DNA of 64,000 bases from Hydrurus foetidus (taxonomy: Eukaryota). A program made the position numbers and the translations under genes. The notes beneath the pieces are model-generated. The model ran no database searches and was not told where the DNA came from. It was given only the letters and a program-made list of their open reading frames with translations. The stretch spans positions 248,001 through 312,000 of the forward strand of contig UYFQ01000004.1 of assembly GCA_900617105.1 (NCBI GenBank). The letters are read 5' to 3'. Below, one piece after another: positions 1 to 10,871 of this stretch (position 1 is the stretch's first letter; each line of letters begins with the position of its first letter).

Positions 1-57
1 TGCGACAAGTGGAGGCCCTTCGCGACAGGCGGCGCCCCTTTTGCCCCGTGTCCCGTC

Positions 58-738
58 CTATGTGGAGCGCGCCTTGCGCTTCTCCAACACGATTCCCATA
101 CCCAGCACCAGACCGGCGCCCAGCACTGCCGCCGCGTAGTGCACCCAACCGTGGTTGACCATCCAGCCGCTGAACGCGCCGTCACTTGCAATGGTTTCAC
201 CGCCAACCCAACCGATCAAGGTGGCACCCAAGGTGATGATCACCGGGAAACGCTCCATCAGGCGAATCATCAGCGTACTGCCAAAGATAACCAGAGGAAT
301 GCTGATGGCCAGGCCCAGAATCAGCAGCAGCATGCTGCCCTTGGCCGCCGCAGCCACCGCGATCACATTGTCCAGGCTCATCACCAGGTCCGCAATCAAG
401 ATGGTCCGCACAGCGGCCAACATGCTGCCGGTGTTTTTGCCGTGTCCGTCCTCGCCGTCGTCGTCACTCATCAGTTGCGCGCCAATCCATAGAAGCAAGA
501 TGCCACCAATCACCTGTAAAAAGGAGATTTCCAGCAATTTAGCTGCCACTACGGTGAGGCCAATCCGCAAGACCACCGCCGCGCCAGAGCCAAAAAGAAT
601 GGCCTTTTTTTGCTGCTCTGGTGGCAGAGAACGGGCCGCCAGAGCGATCACCACGGCGTTGTCCCCGGACAAAATGATATTGATCCAGACGATCTTGATC
701 AGACCAATCCAAAAGTCAACGCTCTGAAGAATTTCCAT
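58..738 (-). CDS. TerC/YjbE family integral membrane protein
   Basis: LSGDNAVVIALA and ADLVMSLDNV motifs; highly hydrophobic; ATG at 738 preceded by GGAG. Confidence 0.9.
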   Translation of the reverse strand: MEILQSVDFWIGLIKIVWINIILSGDNAVVIALAARSLPPEQQKKAILFGSGAAVVLRIGLTVVAAKLLEISFLQVIGGILLLWIGAQLMSDDDGEDGHGKNTGSMLAAVRTILIADLVMSLDNVIAVAAAAKGSMLLLILGLAISIPLVIFGSTLMIRLMERFPVIITLGATLIGWVGGETIASDGAFSGWMVNHGWVHYAAAVLGAGLVLGMGIVLEKRKARST

Positions 739-760
739 GATTGCACTCCGCCCCACAAAC

Positions 761-795
761 AAAAAAAGTGCCCGGACACGACGTGTGGGCACTTT
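761..795 (-). terminator. Intrinsic terminator after sucD
   Basis: AAAGTGCCC...GGGCACTTT stem with a 7-T run on the minus strand. Confidence 0.65.
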
Positions 796-843
796 GCTCT
801 GAGAGGGAAACCCCTCGCGTCGGCTACTGAACCAACGCTGGAA

Positions 844-1737
844 TTACAGCATGGCCTTGAGCAGTTTCGCCATTTCAGACGGGTTGCGCGTGACGGTAAA
901 ACCACACTCTTCCATCACTGCCAGCTTGGCATCGGCCGTATCGGCACCGCCGGAGATCAGTGCACCGGCGTGGCCCATGCGCTTGCCCGGGGGCGCGGTC
1001 ACGCCAGCGATGAAGCCAACGATAGGCTTCTTCATGTTCAGCTTGCACCAGCGGGCGGCTTCGGCTTCGTCTGGACCACCGATTTCGCCGATCATGATGA
1101 CCGCGTCGGTATCAGGATCGTCGTTGAACGCGCGCATCACGTCGATGTGCTTCAAACCGTTGATCGGGTCACCACCAATGCCGACGGCGCTGGACTGGCC
1201 CAGGCCGATTTCGGTCAGCTGTGCCACCGCTTCGTAGGTCAGTGTGCCGGAGCGACTGACCACACCAATGCGGCCTTTGCGGTGAATGTGACCTGGCATG
1301 ATGCCGATTTTGATTTCGTCAGGCGTGATGAGGCCAGGGCAGTTAGGCCCGAGCAACAAAGTCTTCTTGCCGCCAGCGGCTTCTTTGGCCTTCATGCGGT
1401 TGCGCACTTCGAGCATGTCCTTGACGGGGATGCCTTCGGTGATACAGATGGCCAAGTCCAGGTCAGCTTCGACGGCTTCCCAGATGGCAGCAGCAGCGCC
1501 AGCGGGTGGCACGTAAATCACTGACACGGTAGCGCCGGTTTCAGAAGCGGCTTCTTTCACCGACGCAAAAATCGGGATGTTGAAGATTTTTTCGCCAGCT
1601 TTCTTGGGGTTCACACCCGCAACAAAAGCGTTTTTACCGTTGGCGTATTCCTGGCACTTTTCAGTGTGGAACTGGCCGGTCTTGCCGGTAATGCCTTGGG
1701 TGATGACTTTGGTATTTTCGTTAATGAGGATCGACAT
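844..1737 (-). CDS. sucD: Succinyl-CoA synthetase alpha subunit
   Basis: QGITGKTG, GPNCPG and RMGHAGA (phospho-His) motifs. Confidence 0.98.
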   Translation of the reverse strand: MSILINENTKVITQGITGKTGQFHTEKCQEYANGKNAFVAGVNPKKAGEKIFNIPIFASVKEAASETGATVSVIYVPPAGAAAAIWEAVEADLDLAICITEGIPVKDMLEVRNRMKAKEAAGGKKTLLLGPNCPGLITPDEIKIGIMPGHIHRKGRIGVVSRSGTLTYEAVAQLTEIGLGQSSAVGIGGDPINGLKHIDVMRAFNDDPDTDAVIMIGEIGGPDEAEAARWCKLNMKKPIVGFIAGVTAPPGKRMGHAGALISGGADTADAKLAVMEECGFTVTRNPSEMAKLLKAML

Positions 1738-1766
1738 GGTGGATTCCTTGAGGCTTGTCTGAGGGT

Positions 1767-1965
1767 TTAAGCAGCCGCTTTGGCAGCAGCTTTAACCGCA
1801 GCAACCACTTTTTCAGCGGCGTCGGCCATGGTGTCAGCACTGATGATGGGCAGACCGGACTCGGCCAGCATCTTCTTGCCCAGGTCTTCGTTGGTGCCCT
1901 TCATGCGCACAACCAATGGCACGGACAAGTTCACCGCTTTGCAAGCTGTGATCACGCCGGTGGCA

Positions 1966-2002
<37 letters not shown>

Positions 2003-2948
2003 CCATGATGGCCTCGACCTTGGGGTTTTTCAGCATGATCTTGAAGGCTTCGGTCACCTTCTCGGGGGTAGCGCCGCCGCCCACGTCCAAGAAGTTGGCG
2101 GGCTCTGCGCCGTACAACTTGATGGTGTCCATCGTCGCCATCGCCAAACCAGCACCGTTGACCAAGCAACCGATGTTGCCGTCCAGGCTGATGTAGGCCA
2201 GATCGAACTTGGAGGCCTCGACTTCGGCTGCGTCCTCTTCGTCCAGATCACGGTAAGCCACGATTTCAGGGTGACGGAACAGTGCATTCGGGTCAAAGTT
2301 GAACTTCGCGTCCAAGGCCTTGATGTTGCCATTGCCTTCGAGGATCAGCGGGTTGATCTCGACCAGCGAGGCGTCCGTGTCCATGTAGATTTTGTACAGC
2401 TTTTGCAGCACATCCACAGCCTGGGCGGTGGAACCAGCGGGCACGCCGATACTGTCGGCCAGCTTCTTGGCTTGCTCATCCGTCAAGCCCGTGGCGGGAT
2501 CGACGAAATCGGTGGTGATTTTTTCAGGCGTGTCGTGCGCCACGCCTTCGATGTCCATGCCGCCTTCGCTGGAGACGATGAACGCGACGCGCTGGGTAGC
2601 GCGGTCGGTCACAGCAGACACGTAGTATTCTTTTTTGATGTCTGCGCCGTCTTCGATCAGCAAGCGACGAACTTTTTGACCTTCAGGACCAGTCTGGTGT
2701 GTGACCAGCTGCATACCGAGGATTTCGGTCGCGAGCTGCTTCACTTCGTCCACCGAGCGCGCCAACTTGACGCCGCCGCCCTTGCCACGGCCACCCGCGT
2801 GAATCTGCGCCTTGACCACCCAAACAGGGCCGCCGAGTTTTTGAGCGGCTTCCACCGCCTCTTGCACTGTAAAGGCCGGAATGCCACGCGGCACTGGCAC
2901 ACCAAAATTGCGCAAGATTTCCTTGCCTTGGTACTCGTGAATCTTCAT
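1767..2948 (-). CDS. sucC: Succinyl-CoA synthetase beta subunit
   Basis: MKIHEYQGK start, [26 protein letters not shown]. Confidence 0.98.
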
Positions 2949-3113
2949 GAGGTCTCTCTTAGAAGCAGAAGAAGGGGGAGGGTAGTTTTGCTGGCGCCAA
3001 CTGCGGAAAAGTGCCTGCGCACAGCAGCCTTTAACTGTAACATGTTGCACCGCACAAAGCGGACGCGAAACTTACACGCCAGCCAATTGGCTGCTTTTCA
3101 GGAACACACTACC

Positions 3114-4037
3114 ATGCCCAAGGTCTTTATTGATGGCGAAGCCGGTACTACCGGCCTGCAAATCCGTGAACGGCTACAACTCATGCCGCAGATTGAGTTA
3201 CTCAGCATCGCCCCCGAGTTGCGCAAAGACCCTGAGGCAAAACGCGCCTTGCTTGCCCAAGCCGACCTGGTGATCCTGTGCCTGCACGATTCAGCTGCTA
3301 TTGAAACCGTAGCTATGGTCGATGAGCTGGCCAGCACAAACAACACCAAAACTCCCAAGATCATTGACGCCTCCACAGCCCACCGCACCGCCGCTGGCTG
3401 GATCTTTGGCTTCCCTGAACTGGTAGCGGGTCAGGCCGCCTCTGTAGCTACAGCACAGCGCGTATCCAACCCTGGCTGCTACGCGACGGGTGCCATCGCT
3501 CTGCTACGCCCCCTGATCGATGCCGGATTGATTCCCGCCGATTACCCCGTCTGCCTGCCTGCTGTCAGCGGCTTTTCTGGCGGTGGCCGTACCATGATTG
3601 AAGCTTACGAGGCGGGCACTGCCCCCGCTTTCGAGACCTATGCGCTGGGCCTCACGCACAAACACATCCCCGAGATCATGAAATTCACCGGCCTCACTCG
3701 CCGTCCGCTTTTCATCCCTTCGGTAGGTAACTTCAAACAGGGCATGCTGGTCGAGTTGCCTTTGCACCTGGATTTGCTACCCGGCAAACCCAAAGCCAGT
3801 GACCTGCACGATGCTTATACGCGCCATTACGCGGGCAGCGAATGGGTCAGCGTGCAGCCCGCAACGCAAGACGGTAAGCTGGAGCCCACCGCGCTGAACG
3901 ACACCAACAAGCTTGAAATTCGCGTGTTTGCGAATGAAGAGTATCGGCAAGCTGTACTGATTGCCCGTCTTGACAATTTAGGCAAGGGTGCCAGTGGCGC
4001 TGCGGTGCAGAATTTGAAGTTGATGCTGGGCATTTAA
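3114..4037 (+). CDS. argC: N-acetyl-gamma-glutamyl-phosphate reductase (type 2)
   Basis: [30 protein letters not shown]; the real gene is the 3' part of the 760-aa ORF. Confidence 0.95.
   Translation: MPKVFIDGEAGTTGLQIRERLQLMPQIELLSIAPELRKDPEAKRALLAQADLVILCLHDSAAIETVAMVDELASTNNTKTPKIIDASTAHRTAAGWIFGFPELVAGQAASVATAQRVSNPGCYATGAIALLRPLIDAGLIPADYPVCLPAVSGFSGGGRTMIEAYEAGTAPAFETYALGLTHKHIPEIMKFTGLTRRPLFIPSVGNFKQGMLVELPLHLDLLPGKPKASDLHDAYTRHYAGSEWVSVQPATQDGKLEPTALNDTNKLEIRVFANEEYRQAVLIARLDNLGKGASGAAVQNLKLMLGI
3297..3344 (+). repeat. Dispersed ~48-bp motif copy (in argC)
   Basis: core GCTATTGAAACCGTAGC; GC at +21, C at +31. Confidence 0.5.
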
Positions 4038-4055
4038 GCCACAAGCCATCGACGG

Positions 4056-4535
4056 CTATGCGTCGGGTGCATCAGCAAAGAAATCCCTGCTGATGCCGAC
4101 CTGAGGCACCACCCGCCCCACCACCTTGCCCGCGAACCCGCGCCCGGCCAAAAACCGCATCTGTTTCATCCGCGCCGCAGCATCCGCCGGTGGTTCGCCA
4201 AACTTCCTGCGCCAGACCTCCTGCGCCCGCTCCAACTCGGTAGCCTTCAGCTCCACCGTCGCCGCCTGCACGGTTTGCGCGTCCAAGCCCTTGGCCCGCA
4301 GCTCGTGCAGCACGCGGCCAGTGCCTAAGCGCGAACCCCGTCGCCGCACCACCGATTCAGCGGTGCGCTGGTCGCTGATGAAACCTTTAGCCGCCAAATC
4401 GTCCAACGCCAAGGCTAACTCGCCCGGGACTTCCTCAAACGGTGTCAACTTTTGCACCAGCTCGAAACGTGAATGCTCACGCATCGAGAGGTAGCGCAGA
4501 GCGCGGCCTTTGAGGGAAGGTTGGTTAAAGGCCAT
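4056..4535 (-). CDS. recX: Recombination regulator RecX
   Basis: ALRYLSMREHSR...RFLAGRGF; directly downstream of recA. Confidence 0.93.
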   Translation of the reverse strand: MAFNQPSLKGRALRYLSMREHSRFELVQKLTPFEEVPGELALALDDLAAKGFISDQRTAESVVRRRGSRLGTGRVLHELRAKGLDAQTVQAATVELKATELERAQEVWRRKFGEPPADAAARMKQMRFLAGRGFAGKVVGRVVPQVGISRDFFADAPDA

Positions 4536-4558
4536 GTGTGAAATTACTTACCCAATTT

Positions 4559-4606
4559 TCATCAAAATAAATAGCACGCTACGCTGATTGAATTTGCGCT
4601 AGAACC
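4559..4606 (+). repeat. Dispersed ~48-bp motif copy (recA-recX intergenic)
   Basis: TCATCAAAATAAATAGC-ACGCTACGCT-GATTGAATTT-GCGCTAGAAC-C. Confidence 0.65.
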
Positions 4607-4619
4607 TTATTTGATTGGT

Positions 4620-5738
4620 TTATTTGCTTGGCTTTTCAGCTTTCTCGGCCTTCTCTGCCTTTTCCGCTACCACCGGTGCGGACGTGGCTGCTGGCAGCAA
4701 CGGGATACCCAACGATTCGCGCACTTTGTTTTCAATTTCGCGTGACAAATCAGGGTTCTCGCGCAGGAATTCGCGGGCGTTGTCACGGCCTTGACCGATT
4801 TTTTCGCCTTGGTAGGCGTACCACGCACCCGATTTTTCGATAATGCGGGCATTCACCCCCATGTCGATGATCTCGCCATGGCGGCTGATGCCTTCGCCGA
4901 ACAAAATATCGAACTCTGCCGTTTTGAAAGGTGAGGCCACCTTGTTCTTGACAACCTTGACTTTGGTCTCGTTGCCAATCGCCTCTTCACCCTTTTTGAT
5001 GGTGCCGGTGCGGCGAATGTCCAAACGCACCGAGGCGTAGAACTTCAACGCGTTGCCACCTGTGGTGGTCTCTGGGCTACCGAACATCACGCCAATCTTC
5101 ATGCGGATTTGGTTGATGAAGATGACCATGCAGTTGGTCTTCTTGATGGTGGCGGTGAGTTTGCGCAACGCTTGGCTCATCAGACGGGCTTGCAGGCCGG
5201 GCAAGGAATCTCCCATTTCGCCTTCCAACTCTGCTTTGGGCGTGAGGGCGGCCACCGAGTCCACCACGATCAAATCGACCGCACCTGAACGCACCAAGCT
5301 GTCCACAATCTCCAGCGCTTGCTCGCCGGTATCAGGCTGCGAGATCAGTAAGTCTTGCAGGTTGACACCGAGTTTTTGGGCGTACTGGATGTCCAGCGCG
5401 TGCTCTGCATCGACGAAAGCGCACTGGCCGCTGATTTTTTGCATCTCGGCAATGACTTGCAGCGTCAGCGTGGTTTTACCCGACGACTCAGGGCCGTAGA
5501 TTTCGATCACACGGCCACGCGGCAGACCACCCACGCCCAGGGCAATGTCCAAACCCAGCGAGCCTGTTGAACACACCTGGATGTCTTCAATCACCTCGCC
5601 TTCGCCCAAACGCATGATGGTGCCTTTGCCGAATTGCTTTTCAATTTGGGCCAAAGCGGCTTGCAAGGCTTTGGCTTTTTCGCTCATCGCATCGGTGTTG
5701 AGGGCGGTGGCTTTGCTGGCTTTAACGGGTGCGTCCAT
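4620..5738 (-). CDS. recA: Recombinase RecA
   Basis: GPESSGKTT Walker [13 protein letters not shown] signature. Confidence 0.99.
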   Translation of the reverse strand: MDAPVKASKATALNTDAMSEKAKALQAALAQIEKQFGKGTIMRLGEGEVIEDIQVCSTGSLGLDIALGVGGLPRGRVIEIYGPESSGKTTLTLQVIAEMQKISGQCAFVDAEHALDIQYAQKLGVNLQDLLISQPDTGEQALEIVDSLVRSGAVDLIVVDSVAALTPKAELEGEMGDSLPGLQARLMSQALRKLTATIKKTNCMVIFINQIRMKIGVMFGSPETTTGGNALKFYASVRLDIRRTGTIKKGEEAIGNETKVKVVKNKVASPFKTAEFDILFGEGISRHGEIIDMGVNARIIEKSGAWYAYQGEKIGQGRDNAREFLRENPDLSREIENKVRESLGIPLLPAATSAPVVAEKAEKAEKAEKPSK

Positions 5739-5808
5739 GAAAATTCCTTTTAAATCAAAAAGTTAAATCAACTTATCAACCCAGTAGCCGCTTGTTTTTA
5801 ACTACAGC

Positions 5809-5824
5809 CTGGATGCTTGAACAG
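5809..5824 (-). promoter_or_regulatory. LexA (SOS) box upstream of recA
   Basis: minus strand taCTGTTCAAGCATCCAG = CTG-N10-CAG, about 70 bp upstream of recA. Confidence 0.8.
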
Positions 5825-5892
5825 TAGTTTAACAATGAAAGTCATAGGCAGTAAATGAAAATAACAGTCAGTTTGACTTACCATATAAACCC

Positions 5893-6375
5893 ATGAATTC
5901 CACCCCCGAAGGTTGGCGGCAAACCCACCTGGGCCGCTTGATGGGCGACTCGCTCAGGCGCTTTGATGCCCGCGTACTGCACCTGATGGCGCACAACGTC
6001 GAAGTGCCGCTGGCGCTCTCTAACCTCGCGGCACGCCAGCAGGTCAGCGCGGCACACATCCACATCACCCGCCACTTGGCACTGGGTGGCTCACGGCTGA
6101 CCGATTTGGCGCAAAGTGCGGGTATGAGCAAGCAGGCGATGGGCGATTTGGTTGACCAGTGCGCGGCGTGGGGGCTGGTGACGCGCACGGCTGATCAGCT
6201 GGACGCCAGAGCGCGGTTGGTGCAGTTCACACCCACGGGGCTGGCGTGGCTGCAAGCCTTTGCAGATGCGGTGGTGCAGGCGGAGCAAGAGTTCAGCAGC
6301 GCGGTGGGCGCTGACGTGGCAACGGTGGTCAAGCTCGGGCTGGAAGCCTACGCGGCAGACGGGCTATCGACATAA
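5893..6375 (+). CDS. MarR family transcriptional regulator
   Basis: RLTDLAQSAGMSKQAMGDLV HTH and DARARLVQFT wing. Confidence 0.85.
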   Translation: MNSTPEGWRQTHLGRLMGDSLRRFDARVLHLMAHNVEVPLALSNLAARQQVSAAHIHITRHLALGGSRLTDLAQSAGMSKQAMGDLVDQCAAWGLVTRTADQLDARARLVQFTPTGLAWLQAFADAVVQAEQEFSSAVGADVATVVKLGLEAYAADGLST

Positions 6376-6516
6376 GCTCGCCCTAACCTCACATTACCCT
6401 CATCCCCTCATCTCGAAACCCCGTAAGCCGCGTTCAATATCCGAGTCCTACAATCGCGCCACAAACGGCCAGCACAGCCGCAAAAACCAAAAAATACACC
6501 AAGACCGGAGACCGCC

Positions 6517-7188
6517 ATGCGCATTTTGATAGCTGAAGATGACCAAGTGCTGGCCGATGGCCTGATGCGCAGCCTGCGCACCGCAGGCGCAGCAGTAGAC
6601 CATGTGGCCAGCGGCACCGAGGCCGATGCCGCGTTGATGACCAATACCGAGTTCGATCTGCTGATTCTGGACTTGGGCCTGCCCAAAATGCACGGCTTAG
6701 AGGTGCTGCGCAAACTGAGGGCACGCGGCTCCGCCTTGCCCGTGCTGATCCTCACCGCCGCCGACAGCGTGGAGCAGCGCGTGCAGGGGCTGGATGCGGG
6801 GGCTGACGACTACATGGCCAAACCCTTCCCGCTGCAAGAGCTGGAAGCCCGCGTGCGGGCCCTGGTGCGGCGGGGTGCAGGCTCTACCACCAACACCCTG
6901 CGCCACGGGCCGCTGGTGTACGACCAATCGGGCCGCGTCGCCACCATCGACGGCAAGATGGTGGATTTGTCAGCCCGTGAACTCGGCTTGCTGGAGGTGC
7001 TGCTGCAACGCAGTGGCCGCTTGGTCAGCAAAGACCAACTCGTCGAGCGCCTGTGCGAGTGGGGCGAAGAAGTGAGCAACAACGCAATTGAGGTCTACAT
7101 CCACCGGCTGCGCAAGAAGATTGAAAAGGGGCCGATTCGGATTGCCACCGTGCGTGGCTTGGGGTACTGCATGGAAAAAATAACGTGA
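6517..7188 (+). CDS. OmpR-family response regulator (TctD/QseB-like)
   Basis: REC domain (ILIAEDD, DLGLP, DDYMAKPF) plus wHTH (IEVYIHRLRKK). Confidence 0.92.
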   Translation: MRILIAEDDQVLADGLMRSLRTAGAAVDHVASGTEADAALMTNTEFDLLILDLGLPKMHGLEVLRKLRARGSALPVLILTAADSVEQRVQGLDAGADDYMAKPFPLQELEARVRALVRRGAGSTTNTLRHGPLVYDQSGRVATIDGKMVDLSARELGLLEVLLQRSGRLVSKDQLVERLCEWGEEVSNNAIEVYIHRLRKKIEKGPIRIATVRGLGYCMEKIT

Positions 7189-7192
7189 GCTG

Positions 7193-8710
7193 ATGAAAAT
7201 CTTCCAGCGCGAGCAGCGTTCCCTCTTTGGCGAAATCCTCGATTGGATGCTGACGCCGCTGCTGCTGCTGTGGCCAGTCAGCCTTGGTTTGACATGGCTG
7301 GTGGCCCAAGGCATTGCGGGTAAACCGTTTGACCGGGCGCTGGAATACAACGTCCAAGCCCTGGCCCAGCTCATCGTCGTCAACCAAAAGCGCGTCCTAC
7401 TCAACCTGCCTCAGCCTGCGCGTGAAATTTTGCGGGCTGACGATGCCGACGTGATTTACTTCCAAGCCCTCGGCCCCCGTGGCGAGCTGCTGGCCGGTGA
7501 GCGCGACTTCCCCGCAGCACCCGAAGAAGACCGTGCCACCGCTGGCGACGTGCACCTGCGAGACGACGAAATGCGCGGTCTGGACGTGCGCGTGGCCTAC
7601 CTGTGGGTGCGCATCGAGCAACCCCTCGGCACAGCCCCGCCAAGCACCAACGCGCTGCCTGCGATGGTGTTGGTGCAGGTCGCCGAAACCCGCGAAAAAC
7701 GCTCGGTGTTGGCCACTGAAATTATCAAAGGCGTGATGCTGCCTCAGTTCGTCATCTTGCCGCTGGCCGTGCTGCTGGTGTGGCTGGCGTTGGCGCGGGG
7801 CATCAAGCCGCTGGGCCAGCTGGAAGAGCGCATCCGCCAACGCAAACCCGATGATTTAAGCCCGCTGGACGAGCATTCTGTGCCGCTCGAAGTGGCCCCA
7901 TTGGTGTCCTCCGTCAATGACCTGTTGCAGCGGCTGAAAGATTCCGTCGCCACCCAAAAACGCTTTTTGGCCGATGCCGCCCACCAGCTCAAAACCCCGC
8001 TGGCCGGTTTGCGCATGCAAGCTGATTTGGCCCAACGCGAAGGGGCCAGCGCCGAAGAGTTGAAGCAATCGCTGCAACAGATAGGCCGTGCCAGCATCCG
8101 CGCCACCCACACCGTGAACCAGCTACTCGCCCTGGCGCGGGCCGAAATCAGCGGCACCCAGTTCGCCCGCCAGCCCTGTGATTTGGTGCGTTTGACAATG
8201 GACACGGTGCAAGATTCCGTGCCCCGCTCGCTCGATAAACGCTTGGATTTGGGCTACGACGGTGCCGCCCCTGGTGCGCCCGGCGTGATGCTGGAAGGCA
8301 ACCCCACGCTCATCAAAGAATTGATTCGCAATCTGGTGGACAACGCGATGAACTACACGCCCTCCAGCGCGGAGCACCCCGGCATCATCACCGCGCGGGT
8401 GCTGGCCGACCCTTACGGGGATGTGCTGCTGTTGCAGGTGGAAGACTCGGGGCCAGGCATCTCACCCAGCGAACGTGAACTGGTGTTCCAGCCGTTTTAC
8501 CGCACGCTGGGCACCGAGGCTGATGGCACCGGCCTGGGCCTCGCCATCGTGCTGGAAATCGCCAAACTCCACGGGGCCACGGTCACGCTAGAAGACACTC
8601 ACCCCGGCCAAACACCACCAGGGGCCAAGGTGACGGTGCGCTTCACGGCGGGTGTTCTGGGTGTTATGGCGAGCAAGTCTGCAAGTTTTTTCCCGCCAAC
8701 GCCGGTTTAA
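7193..8710 (+). CDS. Sensor histidine kinase (TctE-like)
   Basis: Two TM helices, H-box ADAAHQLKTPL, N box, G boxes DSGPG and GTGLGL. Confidence 0.92.
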   Translation: MKIFQREQRSLFGEILDWMLTPLLLLWPVSLGLTWLVAQGIAGKPFDRALEYNVQALAQLIVVNQKRVLLNLPQPAREILRADDADVIYFQALGPRGELLAGERDFPAAPEEDRATAGDVHLRDDEMRGLDVRVAYLWVRIEQPLGTAPPSTNALPAMVLVQVAETREKRSVLATEIIKGVMLPQFVILPLAVLLVWLALARGIKPLGQLEERIRQRKPDDLSPLDEHSVPLEVAPLVSSVNDLLQRLKDSVATQKRFLADAAHQLKTPLAGLRMQADLAQREGASAEELKQSLQQIGRASIRATHTVNQLLALARAEISGTQFARQPCDLVRLTMDTVQDSVPRSLDKRLDLGYDGAAPGAPGVMLEGNPTLIKELIRNLVDNAMNYTPSSAEHPGIITARVLADPYGDVLLLQVEDSGPGISPSERELVFQPFYRTLGTEADGTGLGLAIVLEIAKLHGATVTLEDTHPGQTPPGAKVTVRFTAGVLGVMASKSASFFPPTPV

Positions 8711-9437
8711 GCCGCTCCACCTGCGCCCGCAGCACGTCATCAGCATGGGGTAAGCGCAGCAACTGACCCTTCCCCTCGGCACGCTCTTGCACCACACGGG
8801 CCGTACGCACGCCCCGCGTGGCCAATTGGGCCAAACCGGCATTGGCTGCGCCCTGGGTCTCAAAGCCACCCAGCGACAAACCGGGCTCCAGCGCTGCGTT
8901 GCGTGGCGCTTCGACGGGGATGTTCAGGTAGCGCAACTCCCCGCGTTTTTTCAACACAAATTCGGCGTTCTCGTACTTGCCCATGTAGATGATCCAACGG
9001 GCAGGCAGCACAGCCGCCTCGAAACGCCAACTGTCACGCGGCAGCACCGCCTCCAAAGCACGGCGCAAGTTCAGCGCTTGGTTGTCGTCGTACACACCGG
9101 CTTGCAAGCAGGTTTTAGGGGGTGACGGGGGCTGTAGCGGCGGCACAGCGGCAGGTTCAGCGGCAAAAGCCTCATCGCCTGGAACCGATTCCGTAGCCAG
9201 CGGGGTAGCCGATGCCGCAGAAGCAGTCGCCGCAATGTCCCCTGGCTGCACGTCCAGCCGCCGGGCCTCATTCACCCCCACCAAGCTGATCGCTTCAGGG
9301 TGGATTTGCTGAGCCAAGCGCTGCGGCTCACCCCCATCAGACGGGGCGAAGCCCACGCCCGCCAAATAGCCTTGCGACCACGCGAAATAGCCGCCGTTGA
9401 ACAGCAGCAAGAGCAAAACCAAGGTACGAAGCATCAT
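8664..9437 (-). CDS. Membrane-anchored SPOR-like domain protein
   Basis: N-terminal hydrophobic anchor, Ala/Pro linker, GLSLGGF motif; follows birA. Confidence 0.7.
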   Translation of the reverse strand: MMLRTLVLLLLLFNGGYFAWSQGYLAGVGFAPSDGGEPQRLAQQIHPEAISLVGVNEARRLDVQPGDIAATASAASATPLATESVPGDEAFAAEPAAVPPLQPPSPPKTCLQAGVYDDNQALNLRRALEAVLPRDSWRFEAAVLPARWIIYMGKYENAEFVLKKRGELRYLNIPVEAPRNAALEPGLSLGGFETQGAANAGLAQLATRGVRTARVVQERAEGKGQLLRLPHADDVLRAQVERLKPALAGKNLQTCSP

Positions 9438-9450
9438 GTCCAGTGCCCGG

Positions 9451-10287
9451 CTAACGCGGCAAAGCCATGTGTGCAGGCCGCACACTGACTTCCCCGCTGC
9501 TGACGGTCTGCATTCCTTGCGCCGTTTGCACCCGCAGCGCCCCGCCTGCGTCCACGCCACGCGCTGTGCCGCTGCTGCCATCGCTCAGGTGGACGGCCAC
9601 GTCCCGCAGCACGTCCAGCGCGTTGAAGCGGGCCTGGAAGGGCGCAAAGCCGTCCAGGTCGAACTGCTGCACAGCGGCGATCAGCGCAGGGGCGATCCAC
9701 AGCAAGGCTTGGCCCGCATCCGCTTGGGGCCAGAGGGTTTGCAAACCCGCAGGTGGCGTCGAAAAACTGACCTCCGGCGTGGCTGCGGGTGGCGTGATGT
9801 TGATGCCGATACCGATCACCACGTAGCGGGGCAGCGTTTGGCCAAAGGTTTCAATCAAGATGCCCCCCAGCTTGTGCTCGCCCTGCCACAGGTCGTTCGG
9901 CCATTTGAGGCCCAAGCTGGCCGATGAAAGGGGGAGATTAGCGGCGTGCAGCAGAGACTCGGCCACTGCGATACCTACAGCGAGCGACAGGCCCGACCAG
10001 TCTTGGCGCTGCAAGGACAGCCCCAGCGAGAACTTGAGCGACGACCCCACGGCCTGCGCACTGTCACCGTCCAGCCACACCCGGCCCAAGCGGCCCCGGC
10101 CAGCGGTTTGGCGCTCAGCCACCAAGAGTGAAGGCTCGGTTTGCCCTGCACGGGCGCGACGCATCAGCTCGGCATTGGTGGAATCCAGTTCGGGCAGTAT
10201 TTCAACAGTGAAGCCCGGAACATGGGGCGATACGGCTTCCCAAATCGCTTCCGCTGGCCAAATCACTTTGCCGCCAGCCCCTGTCAC
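9451..10287 (-). CDS. birA: Biotin--[acetyl-CoA-carboxylase] ligase
   Basis: DSTN, QTAGRGRLGRVW, KWPND, KLGGILIE. Confidence 0.95.
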   Translation of the reverse strand: MTGAGGKVIWPAEAIWEAVSPHVPGFTVEILPELDSTNAELMRRARAGQTEPSLLVAERQTAGRGRLGRVWLDGDSAQAVGSSLKFSLGLSLQRQDWSGLSLAVGIAVAESLLHAANLPLSSASLGLKWPNDLWQGEHKLGGILIETFGQTLPRYVVIGIGINITPPAATPEVSFSTPPAGLQTLWPQADAGQALLWIAPALIAAVQQFDLDGFAPFQARFNALDVLRDVAVHLSDGSSGTARGVDAGGALRVQTAQGMQTVSSGEVSVRPAHMALPR

Positions 10288-10799
10288 TTGCGGCCACCCC
10301 GCTTAGGTGACAACAGCGTGCCCCGGCAGCCTTCTGTGCCGCACCAGCAGGGGTATTCGGCCTTCAGCTTGGGCGTGTAACGCTCGTCAATCACCAGCCG
10401 GTAGTCGTAATTCAGCTCTTCACCGGCAGCCACAGGCCGCACGGTGCGGATGAATACACGGTTGCCATCGATCTCAGACGCGCAATTCGGCGTACACGCA
10501 TGGTTGATCCAGCGGGCAGAATTGCCGCTGACACCGCCGTCAATGACATGGTCTTCGTCTATATTGAAGTAAAACGTGTGGTTGGGCTGGGTGATGTCGT
10601 GCGGATGGCGGTCAAGCGCCTCTTCCCAGTCGATCAACTCGCCCTTGTATTCGATGACCAGTTCGTCCTCGGCCAAGTCCACCAGTGCGAAAACGCCCTT
10701 GCCATGAACGCCTGAGCGGCGCACCTGAATGCGGCGGCTGGATGCGGCGGCTGGGGGCGACATTTTCAAATCAGCGACGGGTGTGGGGATTTTCGGCAC
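10284..10799 (-). CDS. SET domain protein-lysine methyltransferase (alternative start 10763)
   Basis: HGKGVFA, RWINHACTPN, GEELNYDY, post-SET CWCGTEGCRG. Confidence 0.93.
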   Translation of the reverse strand: MPKIPTPVADLKMSPPAAASSRRIQVRRSGVHGKGVFALVDLAEDELVIEYKGELIDWEEALDRHPHDITQPNHTFYFNIDEDHVIDGGVSGNSARWINHACTPNCASEIDGNRVFIRTVRPVAAGEELNYDYRLVIDERYTPKLKAEYPCWCGTEGCRGTLLSPKRGGRK

Positions 10800-10871
10800 G
10801 GCTAAAAATTTGGTATGTTGAATTTAGTGCGAGCGCGCGTGTGCGTGTGCGCGAGAAAACGGATTGTAGAT

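Noticed and set aside
739..843. Possible yybP-ykoY riboswitch before the TerC gene (AGTAGCC plus hairpins)
   Set aside because: The other conserved aptamer elements are not visible; a plain terminator explains the region.
1755..3113. 760-aa ORF suggesting a long N-terminal extension or fusion on ArgC
   Set aside because: The first ~450 codons are the antisense shadow of sucC; ArgC starts at 3114 after an AGGA site.
8664..8710. 47-bp convergent overlap of the kinase and SPOR-like genes
   Set aside because: Short tail-to-tail overlaps are common and show no further structure.
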